DNA of 64,000 nt from Bacteriovoracia bacterium (lineage in GTDB: Bacteria; Bdellovibrionota; UBA1018; CAIPTA01), in NCBI GenBank assembly GCA_050246755.1, contig JBFWVL010000001.1, positions 608,001-672,000 on the forward strand, written 5' to 3'. Each line of letters begins with the position of its first letter. Position 1 is the first letter of the stretch. The notes beneath the pieces are model-generated. The model searched no databases. It had not been told where the DNA came from and worked only from the letters and a program-made list of their open reading frames with translations. A program made the translations under genes and the position numbers. Shown here in pieces: positions 9,821 through 19,431 of this stretch.

Positions 9821-11317
9821 GTGAATATCTCCCCTTTACCCGAGAAGCCCTACCGAGCCGGGCTCAGCGTGCTGATGGATTTGCCCATTTTAGTGGCCGT
9901 AATCCTCGGCCTCTATCTGGTGGCCCGCACCAATTATCTCCTTTTCCACTCGCTGGTGGAGGCCGCCATCATCGGCGTCACTTTTTGCACCTTTGCTTTT
10001 GCCTGGAACTCTCGTTACTTCGAGCAAGGGTACCTGCTCATCATCGGCCTTTGTTGCCTGCCCGTAGCGATCTGCGAAGTGCTGCATACCCTCGCCTACC
10101 AAGGCATGAGGGTTTTTGCGGATGAAGACGGCGCGAATCTCGCACCCCAGCTTTGGCTCGCAGGGCGATTTATTTTGGCCGGCACGCTCGTGATCGCGCC
10201 GGTCTTCTGGCAACGCAAAGTTTCGGTCCCGATCGCGAGCCTGGTATTCACGCTCATTTGCTCCGCGCTCCTTTTCTCGATTTTTACCGGACATTTTCCG
10301 AGGGCCTACGTGATGGGCGAGGGCCTCACCACCTTCAAGATCTATAGCGAGTATTGCTTCGTGGGCATGATGCTGGTGGCGCTAGGCACGATGCTCTACT
10401 ACCGAAAGCGCTTCTCTCCGTCCACCGTGCGACTGCTCTGCGCTTACTATCTCTTCGAGTGCGCCACGAGCCTCACCTTCACCTCGTACTTCAAGATGTA
10501 CGATTGGTCGAACATGATGGGACACTTCTTCCTCCTGATCGCCAGCTACTTTTTCTATAAAGCGGTGGTGGAGGCCGGGGTGAGCCGCCCCTTCGACTTT
10601 CTTTTCCGTGAGCTCACGCAATCCATCCGTGCGCGCGACGAATTTCTCTCGATCGCCTCCCACGAGCTAAAAACCCCGCTCACCCCGCTGAAGATCCAGT
10701 TGCAAACCCTGCAGCGCGATTTGGGAAAAGACGGCGCGATCAGCGCGGAACGTCTCCGGAAATCCTTGGACGTTTGCAATCGCCAGATCGGGCGCCTCAC
10801 GAAACTCGTGGACAGCCTGCTCGATGTTTCTCGCATCTCCACGGGGCGCCTGGAACTGCATCCGGAATCATTCGACGTGGCCGAGCTCATCGCGGAAATC
10901 GTGGAGCGCCATGCAGACGAACAGAAGGCTTCGGGATCCAGCGTGCGCAGCGTGCTCAAGGAGGCACCGCTATTGATGCAAGCGGACCCCCTACGCGTAG
11001 ACCAAGTGATCACGAATCTCTATACCAACGCCCTAAAATACGCTCCGCATAGTCAAGTAGAGCTGGGCGCGCGCCGCGATGCCAACGCCACCGTTATCTG
11101 GGTAAGCGATTCGGGCCCGGGCGTTCCCAAAAACCAGCACCACACGATCTTTGATCGCTATGAGCGGGTGGCAGGGAATAGCGTGAGCGGAATGGGCTTG
11201 GGTCTTTATATCAGCCGGCAGATTGCCGAAGCCCACGGCGGAAAGATCAGTGTGCACAGCGAGCCAGGCGCCGGCAGCCGCTTTGAAATTCGGCTGCCGG
11301 ATTTAAAGATAATTTAA
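9821..11317 (+). CDS. MASE3-domain sensor histidine kinase
   Basis: NYLLFHSLVE MASE3 start with multiple TMs; H-box SHELKTPLT; N, G1 and G2 boxes. Confidence 0.9.
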   Translation: MNISPLPEKPYRAGLSVLMDLPILVAVILGLYLVARTNYLLFHSLVEAAIIGVTFCTFAFAWNSRYFEQGYLLIIGLCCLPVAICEVLHTLAYQGMRVFADEDGANLAPQLWLAGRFILAGTLVIAPVFWQRKVSVPIASLVFTLICSALLFSIFTGHFPRAYVMGEGLTTFKIYSEYCFVGMMLVALGTMLYYRKRFSPSTVRLLCAYYLFECATSLTFTSYFKMYDWSNMMGHFFLLIASYFFYKAVVEAGVSRPFDFLFRELTQSIRARDEFLSIASHELKTPLTPLKIQLQTLQRDLGKDGAISAERLRKSLDVCNRQIGRLTKLVDSLLDVSRISTGRLELHPESFDVAELIAEIVERHADEQKASGSSVRSVLKEAPLLMQADPLRVDQVITNLYTNALKYAPHSQVELGARRDANATVIWVSDSGPGVPKNQHHTIFDRYERVAGNSVSGMGLGLYISRQIAEAHGGKISVHSEPGAGSRFEIRLPDLKII

Positions 11318-11336
11318 TACTTTTCTCTACGAGAAA

Positions 11337-12308
11337 TTATTTGCGGTAGTCCACGCACTGTACTTCGCCGACGTCGGCCCAGCTGTCATCCCCGTAGAGC
11401 GAGCCGACTTGGCCGAATTTGGGAACATAGCTTTTATCTTTATTTACGCAAAAAGCCTGTAACCAATACTGCGGAATACCGAGATCGGCGAAGCCAGGAT
11501 GAGCCAGCTCCCCCTCCGGGCATTTCATGTTCATGCCAGGTTGAGGTCTTACCGTCATTTCCGCGCCGGCCGGGAAAGCACTCGCGCGAATACGCGTAAA
11601 CACAAGCTTCGTGAGAGGCTCACCATTTTCTTTGAAGTCGAAGAGGAAAAAATCCAGCTTCGCGTTCGTGCAACGCCTTACTCCCAGTGCGGGCAAAACA
11701 TCTTCCGCGCGCTGGATAGGTTGATTACCGAACAGCTTGCCTACGAGCTTTCTCGTGGCGATCGAATCCGTTTGCCCCGGGAGATCGCGCAAGGTTTTGT
11801 AGATCGCTTCGTGCATCATCGCCGCGGCTTTATCGGTGGGAGTGCTAAGACGTGAGTACACCGTGGCATCCACGTAGAGCTTATTCGTTCGATCATCGAA
11901 CTGCATCATGCCTTCTAACGGACAGCCTGGCTTTTGGAATGCAGGCAAGGCATCGCGCGGCGGCGTGAGCGAGACTCCCGATTGGAGCGAGATCATATTC
12001 TGAAGCACGATCTCGAGATTTTTTTGCACTTGCTCCGCAAACGCGCCATGCACCATATGCAGGCGGCCCATGGCCTTCGTTATTTGCTCGAGGTAAGAGT
12101 CCTGCGAATACACCACTTGCTCGCCATACACATGATTCGCTTCCCAGAGGTCCACCAGCTCCGCGCTCTGGATTTCTCTTTGTCCATCCCGGCAGACAAA
12201 GGCTCCGCCTCCGCCGCTACCCGCAGTGCCTTCCGCGTTTGCGGACTGCGCGCCGAAAAGCGCTAAAACCAAAAGCAGTGCCATATTTCTTCTTAGGTTC
12301 GTCTTCAT
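11337..12308 (-). CDS. Secreted protein with post-signal GxxGxGGG motif and HEAIY motif
   Basis: GAGG RBS; signal peptide ending ANA; EGTAGSGGGGAFVC, LVDLWEA and MMHEAIY; six Cys. Confidence 0.85.
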   Translation of the reverse strand: MKTNLRRNMALLLVLALFGAQSANAEGTAGSGGGGAFVCRDGQREIQSAELVDLWEANHVYGEQVVYSQDSYLEQITKAMGRLHMVHGAFAEQVQKNLEIVLQNMISLQSGVSLTPPRDALPAFQKPGCPLEGMMQFDDRTNKLYVDATVYSRLSTPTDKAAAMMHEAIYKTLRDLPGQTDSIATRKLVGKLFGNQPIQRAEDVLPALGVRRCTNAKLDFFLFDFKENGEPLTKLVFTRIRASAFPAGAEMTVRPQPGMNMKCPEGELAHPGFADLGIPQYWLQAFCVNKDKSYVPKFGQVGSLYGDDSWADVGEVQCVDYRK

Positions 12309-12416
12309 GATTGCCCCTCGTTATTGTTGGTATAGCAACCTTCCCCCTAAGTCGAGCAGGGACCAATATAAAATATCTTTACTTATTAAGTTTAAGTTAA
12401 TAATTTTATTAACATA

Positions 12417-13208
12417 ATGACGATCTATTCCCACCTAGACTACAAAGCCTTCCTCAAAGCCCATCTAGCCCGAGGCGAACAGAAACGTTTCGCGGATCAC
12501 CTCCGCTGCCAGCCGGCTTTTCTATCCCAAGTACTGCGCGGTAAACCCAATCTTTCCCTCGAGCAAGGCATCTTAGCCACTGACTATTTTCGCCTGAACC
12601 GGGCCGAGACCGAATATTTCATGGCTAGCCTGCAATACGCCCGCGCCGGCTCCGAAAAGCTTCGGGATTTTTTCCGAAAAAAAATGGATTCGCTTGCCGG
12701 CGCGAGCAAAAAAGTGGAAGCGAAGATCGGCCCATTTTCGCAGGTAGGCTCCGAAGTCAAAGCCCAGTTCTATTCTTCGTGGAAATATACGTTGCTGCAC
12801 GTTCTGCTCTCGCTTCCAGAGAAAGATCAGCTCCGTACCATCGAAAAATACACCGGCCTCTCTCGTTCGGAAATCCAGACCACGCTCACGGCCCTAGTGA
12901 AAAGCGGCGTGGCCGAAAAAAAGGGCGATTTCCTGCGCCCCACCGCCAACCGCATTCACCTCGATCGCGAAGATCCTCTGATTGGCCTGCACCACCGCAA
13001 CTTTCGCTCGCTCGCCACGCACGAGCTGGAAGACATCAAATCGGAATCCCTGCACTACTCCGCCGCCATCGCCCTCTCGCGGGCCGATGCCGAACGCATC
13101 CGCGCCCTATTCCTGGAAGCCGTATCTCAGGCCGAAAGTATTTTACGCCCTTCGCCCGAAGAAACCGTGCGGGTACTTTGCGTGGATTTTTTCGAGCCGG
13201 GGCGCTAG
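12417..13208 (+). CDS. TIGR02147-like protein (HTH + DUF4423-like domain)
   Basis: DYKAFLK, HTH FADHLRCQPAFLSQVLRGK, FYSSW, HHRNFR and C-terminal LCVDFF. Confidence 0.85.
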   Translation: MTIYSHLDYKAFLKAHLARGEQKRFADHLRCQPAFLSQVLRGKPNLSLEQGILATDYFRLNRAETEYFMASLQYARAGSEKLRDFFRKKMDSLAGASKKVEAKIGPFSQVGSEVKAQFYSSWKYTLLHVLLSLPEKDQLRTIEKYTGLSRSEIQTTLTALVKSGVAEKKGDFLRPTANRIHLDREDPLIGLHHRNFRSLATHELEDIKSESLHYSAAIALSRADAERIRALFLEAVSQAESILRPSPEETVRVLCVDFFEPGR

Positions 13209-13230
13209 GCGGCATCAACGCTTTCGGTAT

Positions 13231-13512
13231 TTAATTCGGCCGCGAGAGCGGAAGCCGGAGCACAAAGCTGGTATGCCCCTGATCAAGCTCATAACTCAGC
13301 GAGCCGCCATGTGCCTCGGCGATGCCTCGGGAGATGCTAAGCCCTAGACCGGTGCCGCGGCCAACCGGCTTTGTGGTGAAAAAAGGCTGAAACATTTTTT
13401 CATTCACCAAACTAGATACCCCGGTTCCGCTATCGGTAACGCGAATGCGTATCGCTCCCCCATCGCGGTTTAATTCCACCCTCACCCACCGTTCCGGCAG
13501 TTCATGAATCAC
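13231..13512 (-). pseudogene. Orphan C-terminal fragment of a histidine kinase ATPase domain
   Basis: Contains DSGTG, PFFTTK and GTGLGL but no H-box or N-box; an in-frame TAG lies 10 codons upstream of the GTG. Confidence 0.7.
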
Positions 13513-13557
13513 AAAGTAAATAGTGTGTGGATTTGGTGGCTACTCCATGAGCATCAA

Positions 13558-15378
13558 CTAAGGAAGCGGTACCTTCTTGAGAAGGGGGATGATCGCACCG
13601 GCGTCGTGCCAGAGATCGGTCATGGTTTCGTCGTCGTAAGCATTTTGCTGTGCCCCGATAGTCGTTACCCCTCCCGCCACGTCGGTCACGAAAGCGCCGT
13701 AGTTCTGAAGCGCGCGAAACACCTTTTGCCCGAGTGGCGAAAGCCCGGAAGGCATCGTAGTCTCATAAGGAATAGCGTAGCGTTGGCCTTCCTGAAGTAT
13801 GCCGCCAACGGCGCTGCCGTCGCTCGCGATAGCCTCACCCACGGCGCCTGCCGCCACGAGGGTGGAATCACCCCGGATATTGAGCGCGTGTTGGATTTCT
13901 CCAGCATTGGTCTCCTCCTCCACGAGAATTCCGGCTAGCTGATTAGATCCCGAGGCGGTGATACCCGCGCCCAAAAATGGCGAGGAGGTGCCCCATCCCG
14001 TGCCCGTAAATAGGTCCGAGCTTCCATACGATGAAGCGGTGGCCGTAGTCAGGCTCGTGCGCTCGAAGATCCAGAAATTGTGCACGGTGGTTCCATCGAT
14101 CACCAATAATTCACCGTCGGTGCCTGGTGCTCCATCGGCTTCGGCGGGCATACGAACGTTCAGCGTGCCGCCCGGATATCCCCAGCCTGATGGATAAGTA
14201 ACCGTCACGATAGGATCGGTGGGAGAGGAGACATAAATTGCCGCCGAATAGCTATCCCAGCTCACGCTGTAATTGTAGCCGGTGGAGGTTGGCCAGCTCA
14301 CGTTCGTATAAGTGGTATTGGCCGCGATAGGCGTGTTCCATGAGGAAGAAACGGCGAACGGTTTCTGCCCCAGGGTGAACGCGGACGAAGGAGTGAGCGT
14401 TGCATAAAAAGACCAATGCGAAGCGGTGGTCGACGGAGAGGTAGAAAACGTGGCGGGCAAGGCCCCGAAACTTCGTGAGTAGTATACTCCGCTCGAAGAG
14501 CCTCCGGTGCCGCCCGCGGTATAGAAACTATCGCTGCTCGGTAAATAGGCGATCCAGTACGTTCCCGCCTGCAGAAGCACGGGACTGATCACATTCGCCA
14601 TATTCCAGCCGGAAGTTGGCGCAAAGGAACTCGTAGTGGCCAATAATTGCCCAGGACCTCCGCTAGGCCCGGAAGCATCGTAAACTCCGAGGTAAACATT
14701 TCCGGCGGCCTGCATGGCGTAGATGGAAAGGCTGTCTAGCATAGCCGATTGCGAAAGCGTTACCGACTGGGCGATCAGTACGTTGGAGTTGTTGGTGTCT
14801 TCGTTCAGCAAAACATTCGTGTCGCCCATGGTGGCCGGCTGCGGAGTGAGAGTAGCGTAGAGCGACCAATGGTAACTAGAAGTGGATGGAGAATTAGAAA
14901 ACGTACTTGGCAAAGTTCCGAAGGACCGCGAGTAATAAACACCGCTCGAGGATCCACCGATCGTGCCGGCCGAATAGAAACCATCGTTGCTCGGAAGATA
15001 GGCGAGCCAGTACGTTCCCGCCTGAAGTAGCGTGGGCGTGGATACGTTTGCGGTATTCCAGCCTGCCACGGGAGTAAAGGATGCCGTAGTGGCCAGCAAG
15101 GCGCCGGGGCCGCCACTAGGTCCAGTAGCGTCGTAGATTCCTAGGTAGAGATTTCCTGCAGCCTCCATAGAATAAATAGAAATACTGGTGATGGTACCCG
15201 CTTGCGATAAAACTGCAGATTGCGCGATCAGCACGTTTGAATTACCGGTGTCTTCCGAGGGAAGCACTTCGGCCTCCCCTAGGAGGAAGGGCGTAGCAAA
15301 CGCTGGTTCAGACCAGCTCGTAAATGAGCCCAATATCGTGATGCCAAAAAAAAGCAGAGACAACAATTTTTGTTTCAT
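13558..15378 (-). CDS. Secreted protein with two tandem 147-aa beta-rich domains and a C-terminal domain of unknown function
   Basis: GAGG RBS and signal peptide from ATG 15378; S/T/G/aromatic-rich; internal duplication. Confidence 0.85.
   Translation of the reverse strand: MKQKLLSLLFFGITILGSFTSWSEPAFATPFLLGEAEVLPSEDTGNSNVLIAQSAVLSQAGTITSISIYSMEAAGNLYLGIYDATGPSGGPGALLATTASFTPVAGWNTANVSTPTLLQAGTYWLAYLPSNDGFYSAGTIGGSSSGVYYSRSFGTLPSTFSNSPSTSSYHWSLYATLTPQPATMGDTNVLLNEDTNNSNVLIAQSVTLSQSAMLDSLSIYAMQAAGNVYLGVYDASGPSGGPGQLLATTSSFAPTSGWNMANVISPVLLQAGTYWIAYLPSSDSFYTAGGTGGSSSGVYYSRSFGALPATFSTSPSTTASHWSFYATLTPSSAFTLGQKPFAVSSSWNTPIAANTTYTNVSWPTSTGYNYSVSWDSYSAAIYVSSPTDPIVTVTYPSGWGYPGGTLNVRMPAEADGAPGTDGELLVIDGTTVHNFWIFERTSLTTATASSYGSSDLFTGTGWGTSSPFLGAGITASGSNQLAGILVEEETNAGEIQHALNIRGDSTLVAAGAVGEAIASDGSAVGGILQEGQRYAIPYETTMPSGLSPLGQKVFRALQNYGAFVTDVAGGVTTIGAQQNAYDDETMTDLWHDAGAIIPLLKKVPLP
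14389..15282 (-). repeat. Intragenic tandem duplication, two 441-bp units (14842-15282 and 14389-14829)
   Basis: Both units contain SNVLIAQS, GNxYLGxYDAxGPSGGPG, LLQAGTYW, GGSSSGVYYSRSFG and HWSxYATLTP. Confidence 0.95.
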
Positions 15379-15632
15379 CTTTCCTCGTTGATTAAATGCC
15401 AGTTTTCCAAATGAACAAAATACTACTCCGCAGAAACGCTGGAAAGGAACAGAAAACGAGAATGCCGGTTGTTTTGCGAACTCCACTCGCCATTAATGAC
15501 TATAATTAGCCTGAGAAGAAATGCCGCCGTAGATCCCAAGTTGCTGGATTCGCTCGGCCACTTGGTAGCTGGCTACGCGGACCCGACGAGCACACGCCAC
15601 CGGGTTTCGGGGTGCGGCGCGAAGCACCGACC

Positions 15633-15986
15633 CTATTTGCTACTCAGCTTCTCGATTACTTCCTGAATTCGAAGCTTCGCTACCGGCGTCAGTTGTTTAA
15701 AGGTGCCGCTATCCCCGATCGCGCTGGTCACCGAAATACGAATATCGTCGAGACGTTTGTCTTTCAGCGGAATCTCCATCTTATCGTTAACCCAGTCCTG
15801 AGGAGCACGATCCCAATTCTCAATGGGGCGGTCTCCCTGACTCAGCATAGCCTCCAAGCGCTTTTTGAGGTGATCGCTCGTGATGCGCGAACGAACTAAA
15901 TATTTTCCATTCAGAAAATTAGCGTCGACAAACATCGCGATAAAAAATACCGCGAGGACAGCAATGGGAAGAATGATGAACCACAT
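15633..15986 (-). CDS. Small membrane-anchored hypothetical protein
   Basis: N-terminal TM and charged tail; TTGACA about 35 bp upstream. Confidence 0.7.
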   Translation of the reverse strand: MWFIILPIAVLAVFFIAMFVDANFLNGKYLVRSRITSDHLKKRLEAMLSQGDRPIENWDRAPQDWVNDKMEIPLKDKRLDDIRISVTSAIGDSGTFKQLTPVAKLRIQEVIEKLSSK

Positions 15987-16034
15987 GCGGAGAGACTATC
16001 GTTTCACCCCGCGTATTGTCAAAACGCTCTGAAT

Positions 16035-16091
16035 TAAGGAACGACCGCGCAGTTCTTGAAGGCCCCTTCTTCGGCGAACCCGGCGAAGCGA
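16035..16091. repeat. Left copy of a direct repeat: non-coding duplicate of the 3' end of gene 48284..50299
   Basis: taaggaacgaccgcgcagttcttgaa---ggccccttcttcggcgaacccggcgaagcga aligns with 48285-48348 at 55 of 57 positions plus one 7-nt gap. Confidence 0.95.
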
Positions 16092-16136
16092 ACCGGTTGC
16101 CGGACCTGGAAGCCCCTTAGGGGCTCAGAAAAAAAT

Positions 16137-16544
16137 CTAGGCTTCGGCCTTTTCTGTCGCCGTTTCAACGAGAACTTTCTCCACTACCTGCAATAGGTCC
16201 GTCACGCCGAAAGGCTTGCGCAGAATCCCGCAGGCACCCTGCCTAGCGGCTTCGCTGGCGGAGAAATCGAAATAAGCCGAGATGAACAGCAAGGGTGGCG
16301 GATTGGGCAGAGCCAGCCTCATTTGCTTCAGCAGCGTGGGCCCATCGCCCCCGGGCATGCGGATATCGCTCACCACGAGATCAAACCGGCTCGCTAAAAC
16401 CATTGCGAGGGCCTCTGTGCCGTTCTTCACGCCCACCACTTCAGCGCCTTCTTCCGAAAGTATCTCATAAACGGCCATGCGGATCTCGGGCTCGTCTTCC
16501 GCCACGAGCACGCGCTTGCCTAGCATTTTTTTCGCGGGCTTCAT
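16137..16544 (-). CDS. Single-domain response regulator
   Basis: VLVAEDE, VSDIRMPGGDG and KPF; ATGA overlap with the kinase. Confidence 0.9.
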   Translation of the reverse strand: MKPAKKMLGKRVLVAEDEPEIRMAVYEILSEEGAEVVGVKNGTEALAMVLASRFDLVVSDIRMPGGDGPTLLKQMRLALPNPPPLLFISAYFDFSASEAARQGACGILRKPFGVTDLLQVVEKVLVETATEKAEA

Positions 16545-18070
16545 GACTTCTTCGGCTCCTTGGGCAGGGAAACTACGAACCTAGTATGCGGGGAATCCTC
16601 ATCGAGGAATAATTTTCCGCCATGGGCTTCCACGATGCCCCGGCTGATACTCAAGCCAAGGCCCGTGCCTTTGCCGATTTCTTTGGTGGTAAAGAACGGA
16701 TGCATGATCTTGGAGCGCAGACTTTTTTCCACGCCGGGGCCCGAGTCAGTGATGGAAATCTCAAAGCTCACTTTATCCTCGCGCGCCTCGATCCTCACCC
16801 AGGGCCGGGAGGATTCTTGCACGGCATCGAATGCGTTATTGAGGAGATTGAGAAAAACCTGCGCGAGCTGTACCGAGCGGCATTCAAGCTGAAGTGCCGT
16901 CTTAGGTACCTTCACGCTCAGATCGATATTGTGGCTCATGAAACGGGCGGAGCAGAGGGAGAGCGTGTCTTCGATCACGGCACGGAGATCGCAGGAATCC
17001 ATGGGATCGAAGCGGGAATCCCGGGCGAAGCTCTTCAGGCCCTTAATGATTTTGGCGATACGGTCCACGGTTTGGTCTACTACTTTGATTTTTTCCATCA
17101 GCCAGGCGGGATCGATGCTCTTCTCGCGTTCGAGCTTGAGGGTGATTTGCTCGGCCTTGGTTTTGATGATGGTGAGCGGATTATTGATTTCGTGGGCAAG
17201 GCCGCCCGCCATCTCCCCTAAGCTTGCAAGCTTGGAGGACTGGGTGATACGGGCCTGAGATTCACGCTGCTCGGTAAGATCGTGCCAGGTCATCAGACTG
17301 AGATCATGGCCGTTGATGGTCACGCGGTTGAGCGTCACTTCCACCGGGAATTCGGTGCCATCGGTTTTTTTATACGTCCACTCGAAGCGGTGAAAGCCTT
17401 TCGCGCGCGCAATGGCCTCCATCTCCGGAAATTTCTCCTCGGATTTTCTTCCATCGGGCTGCAGCTCAGAAGAGTGGAAAAGGAGAGGCCGCCGCATCAC
17501 CTCATCTTTCTGCCGGTACCCGAGCATATGCAGGGTGGCCGCATTGCAATCGATCATCTCGGTATCGTCGAAGAGGAGGTAGGCATCGGAGGAGCGCTCG
17601 AAGATCATCCGGAAATTATCTTCTTCAACGATCTTTTGCCGACGGATATTGGTCTGAGTTCCTACCACGCGGCGGGCCTGGCCGCTGGAATCACGTTCCA
17701 CCACTTTGCCGCGCGTGGAGACCCAGATCCAGTCGCCGTTCTTATTTTTTACTCTCGTATCCGCGTGAAAATAAGGACTCTCCCCCCGGAGATGGCGGCG
17801 GAGCAGCTTAAGGGCCGTAGTTTTGTCGTCGGGATGAATGATGGATTCCCAGAAGAAAAGACCGCCGGGGATTTCATCCGGCTTTAGGCCGAGCTTTTGG
17901 CACCAGGGCGCGCTCACATAGAAAGTATCCCGCTGTAGATCCCAATCCCAGATGCCATCGCTGCTGCTTTCGAGCGCAAGCCGGAGCCGCTCAGGGCTCT
18001 CGAGTGAAGGATCCAGTCCGTTGCGGCTGGAAGAAGATATCGGCAAATCGGTGCTTTCGTGGGCGTTCAT
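16541..18070 (-). CDS. Cytoplasmic PAS-PAS sensor histidine kinase (NtrB-like)
   Basis: DGIWDW and IIHPDD PAS motifs; H-box AHEINNPL; NLLNNA, PFFTTK and GTGLGL. Confidence 0.92.
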   Translation of the reverse strand: MNAHESTDLPISSSSRNGLDPSLESPERLRLALESSSDGIWDWDLQRDTFYVSAPWCQKLGLKPDEIPGGLFFWESIIHPDDKTTALKLLRRHLRGESPYFHADTRVKNKNGDWIWVSTRGKVVERDSSGQARRVVGTQTNIRRQKIVEEDNFRMIFERSSDAYLLFDDTEMIDCNAATLHMLGYRQKDEVMRRPLLFHSSELQPDGRKSEEKFPEMEAIARAKGFHRFEWTYKKTDGTEFPVEVTLNRVTINGHDLSLMTWHDLTEQRESQARITQSSKLASLGEMAGGLAHEINNPLTIIKTKAEQITLKLEREKSIDPAWLMEKIKVVDQTVDRIAKIIKGLKSFARDSRFDPMDSCDLRAVIEDTLSLCSARFMSHNIDLSVKVPKTALQLECRSVQLAQVFLNLLNNAFDAVQESSRPWVRIEAREDKVSFEISITDSGPGVEKSLRSKIMHPFFTTKEIGKGTGLGLSISRGIVEAHGGKLFLDEDSPHTRFVVSLPKEPKKS

Positions 18071-18170
18071 AGCAGTCAGATAGTAACAGCGAGTTCTCTA
18101 TAGCAGGTACTTTTTCGCATTATGCCCATAGTCGAAAAAAACGAATTCTAGTTATTCCGCGAAGGTTGCT

Positions 18171-19337
18171 TTACCTTTGCGGAAACTTTTCTGACCATTC
18201 CCGGGCACTCTCGAGCATCGCCATACTAGCCTCGTACTCATTTTCCATGAATTGAAATAGGCGCTGCAGCAATTCCGGGGAAACGCGCCGCCGGCCATCG
18301 GCTGCGGTTTCCTCATCGTAGATCCGCTGAAGCGCTTCGGCCGGCGAAATTTCGGTGCCCGTTTCGGCCCCCGAAATCAAGCCCTCGAAATAATTGGCGA
18401 GAATGAGGAGCTGAGAAGTTTCATCGATCTCGTTGCCGCGCAGGCTATTGGGGAAACCGGAACCATCGTAGCATTCGTGATGCTGGGCGATCATCCGGTA
18501 TACCCGCGGATGGAAGCCCAGGCCGCTCTCTTTGATCAATGCGAGGCTCTTGTCCACATGCCCGTGGAAGACCTCTAATTCTTCCGAGGTCCGGGCCGAG
18601 TTCGGCTTGGCGGCCACTTCGGCCATATCGATTTTTCCGACATCGTGGAAAACCGCGGCTACCACCATATCGGCAAGAATCACTTCGTCGGCGTGGCCCA
18701 GGCACATCGCGAACATCACGCTAAGCGTGCCCACGCCGGCGGTATGATAGATGGCCTCCTGAGACGCCCAAATCTTCAGCACCTCTGAATAGACGTCGCT
18801 CTCCTGCGAGGCCACCAGCAAGATTTTATCCACCACTTCTTTGCTGCGCTTAAAGCCCTCTTCGCGGGCCTTCTCTCCCCTAGCGGTGATCTGATTGATC
18901 ACGCGCAGCGCATCTTGGCTCACTTCGGAAAGAATCTCGGCCTTTTCTTTCGCATCAAGCTGCTCGTCCTGCAGCACGTCCTCCACGAGCGAAGGATAGT
19001 CCTCGAGGTCTTTAGGCTGGAGCAGAGGCCCGGCGGCTGCGGCCTTCTTTGTTGTCTCGGCAGTATGCGTGGAAGCGGCTAGCTGATCGGTAACGGCGCC
19101 CGCTACTCCTTCACCTTTCTCGATGAATTCCTTCAGCTCCTTTTTTGTCCAAAGGCTAAAGTGCGCCTTCTCTTTCAAAAAAGAATATTTATTCAAACCG
19201 ATCGGATCGCCCGCGTGCCGGAGCGGGATAAATTTCTCATTCCGAGGAAAGTGCAGAAAAATAGGGAATGGCAGCCCAACCAAAGGATCTATTTCGTTGA
19301 TGGAAATAGAAATCATGTCTTCCAGTTTCGCTTTCAT
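18171..19337 (-). CDS. HD-GYP domain protein (variant motif)
   Basis: FHDVGK and HHECYDGSGFP; the downstream motif reads LANYFEGL instead of xADxxDAx. Confidence 0.88.
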   Translation of the reverse strand: MKAKLEDMISISINEIDPLVGLPFPIFLHFPRNEKFIPLRHAGDPIGLNKYSFLKEKAHFSLWTKKELKEFIEKGEGVAGAVTDQLAASTHTAETTKKAAAAGPLLQPKDLEDYPSLVEDVLQDEQLDAKEKAEILSEVSQDALRVINQITARGEKAREEGFKRSKEVVDKILLVASQESDVYSEVLKIWASQEAIYHTAGVGTLSVMFAMCLGHADEVILADMVVAAVFHDVGKIDMAEVAAKPNSARTSEELEVFHGHVDKSLALIKESGLGFHPRVYRMIAQHHECYDGSGFPNSLRGNEIDETSQLLILANYFEGLISGAETGTEISPAEALQRIYDEETAADGRRRVSPELLQRLFQFMENEYEASMAMLESAREWSEKFPQR

Positions 19338-19393
19338 CCGTGAAAGCCCTCACATGCAACGATCATTACTAAGGAGCGCGTCCTACGCTCAAT

Positions 19394-19409
19394 TGTTATG
19401 ATATTGTTG
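19394..19409. promoter_or_regulatory. Putative OmpR-family direct-repeat box TGTTA-tgatat-TGTTG upstream of the HD-GYP gene
   Basis: 11-bp-periodic half-sites; differs from the box at 20407 by one base. Confidence 0.6.
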
Positions 19410-19431
19410 TGAGGCTACTTAATCAAGTTGG

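Noticed and set aside
16035-16091. Repeat of a gene 3' end as the template repeat of a diversity-generating retroelement
   Set aside because: The differences are not adenine-specific, include a 7-nt gap, and no reverse transcriptase is in the window.
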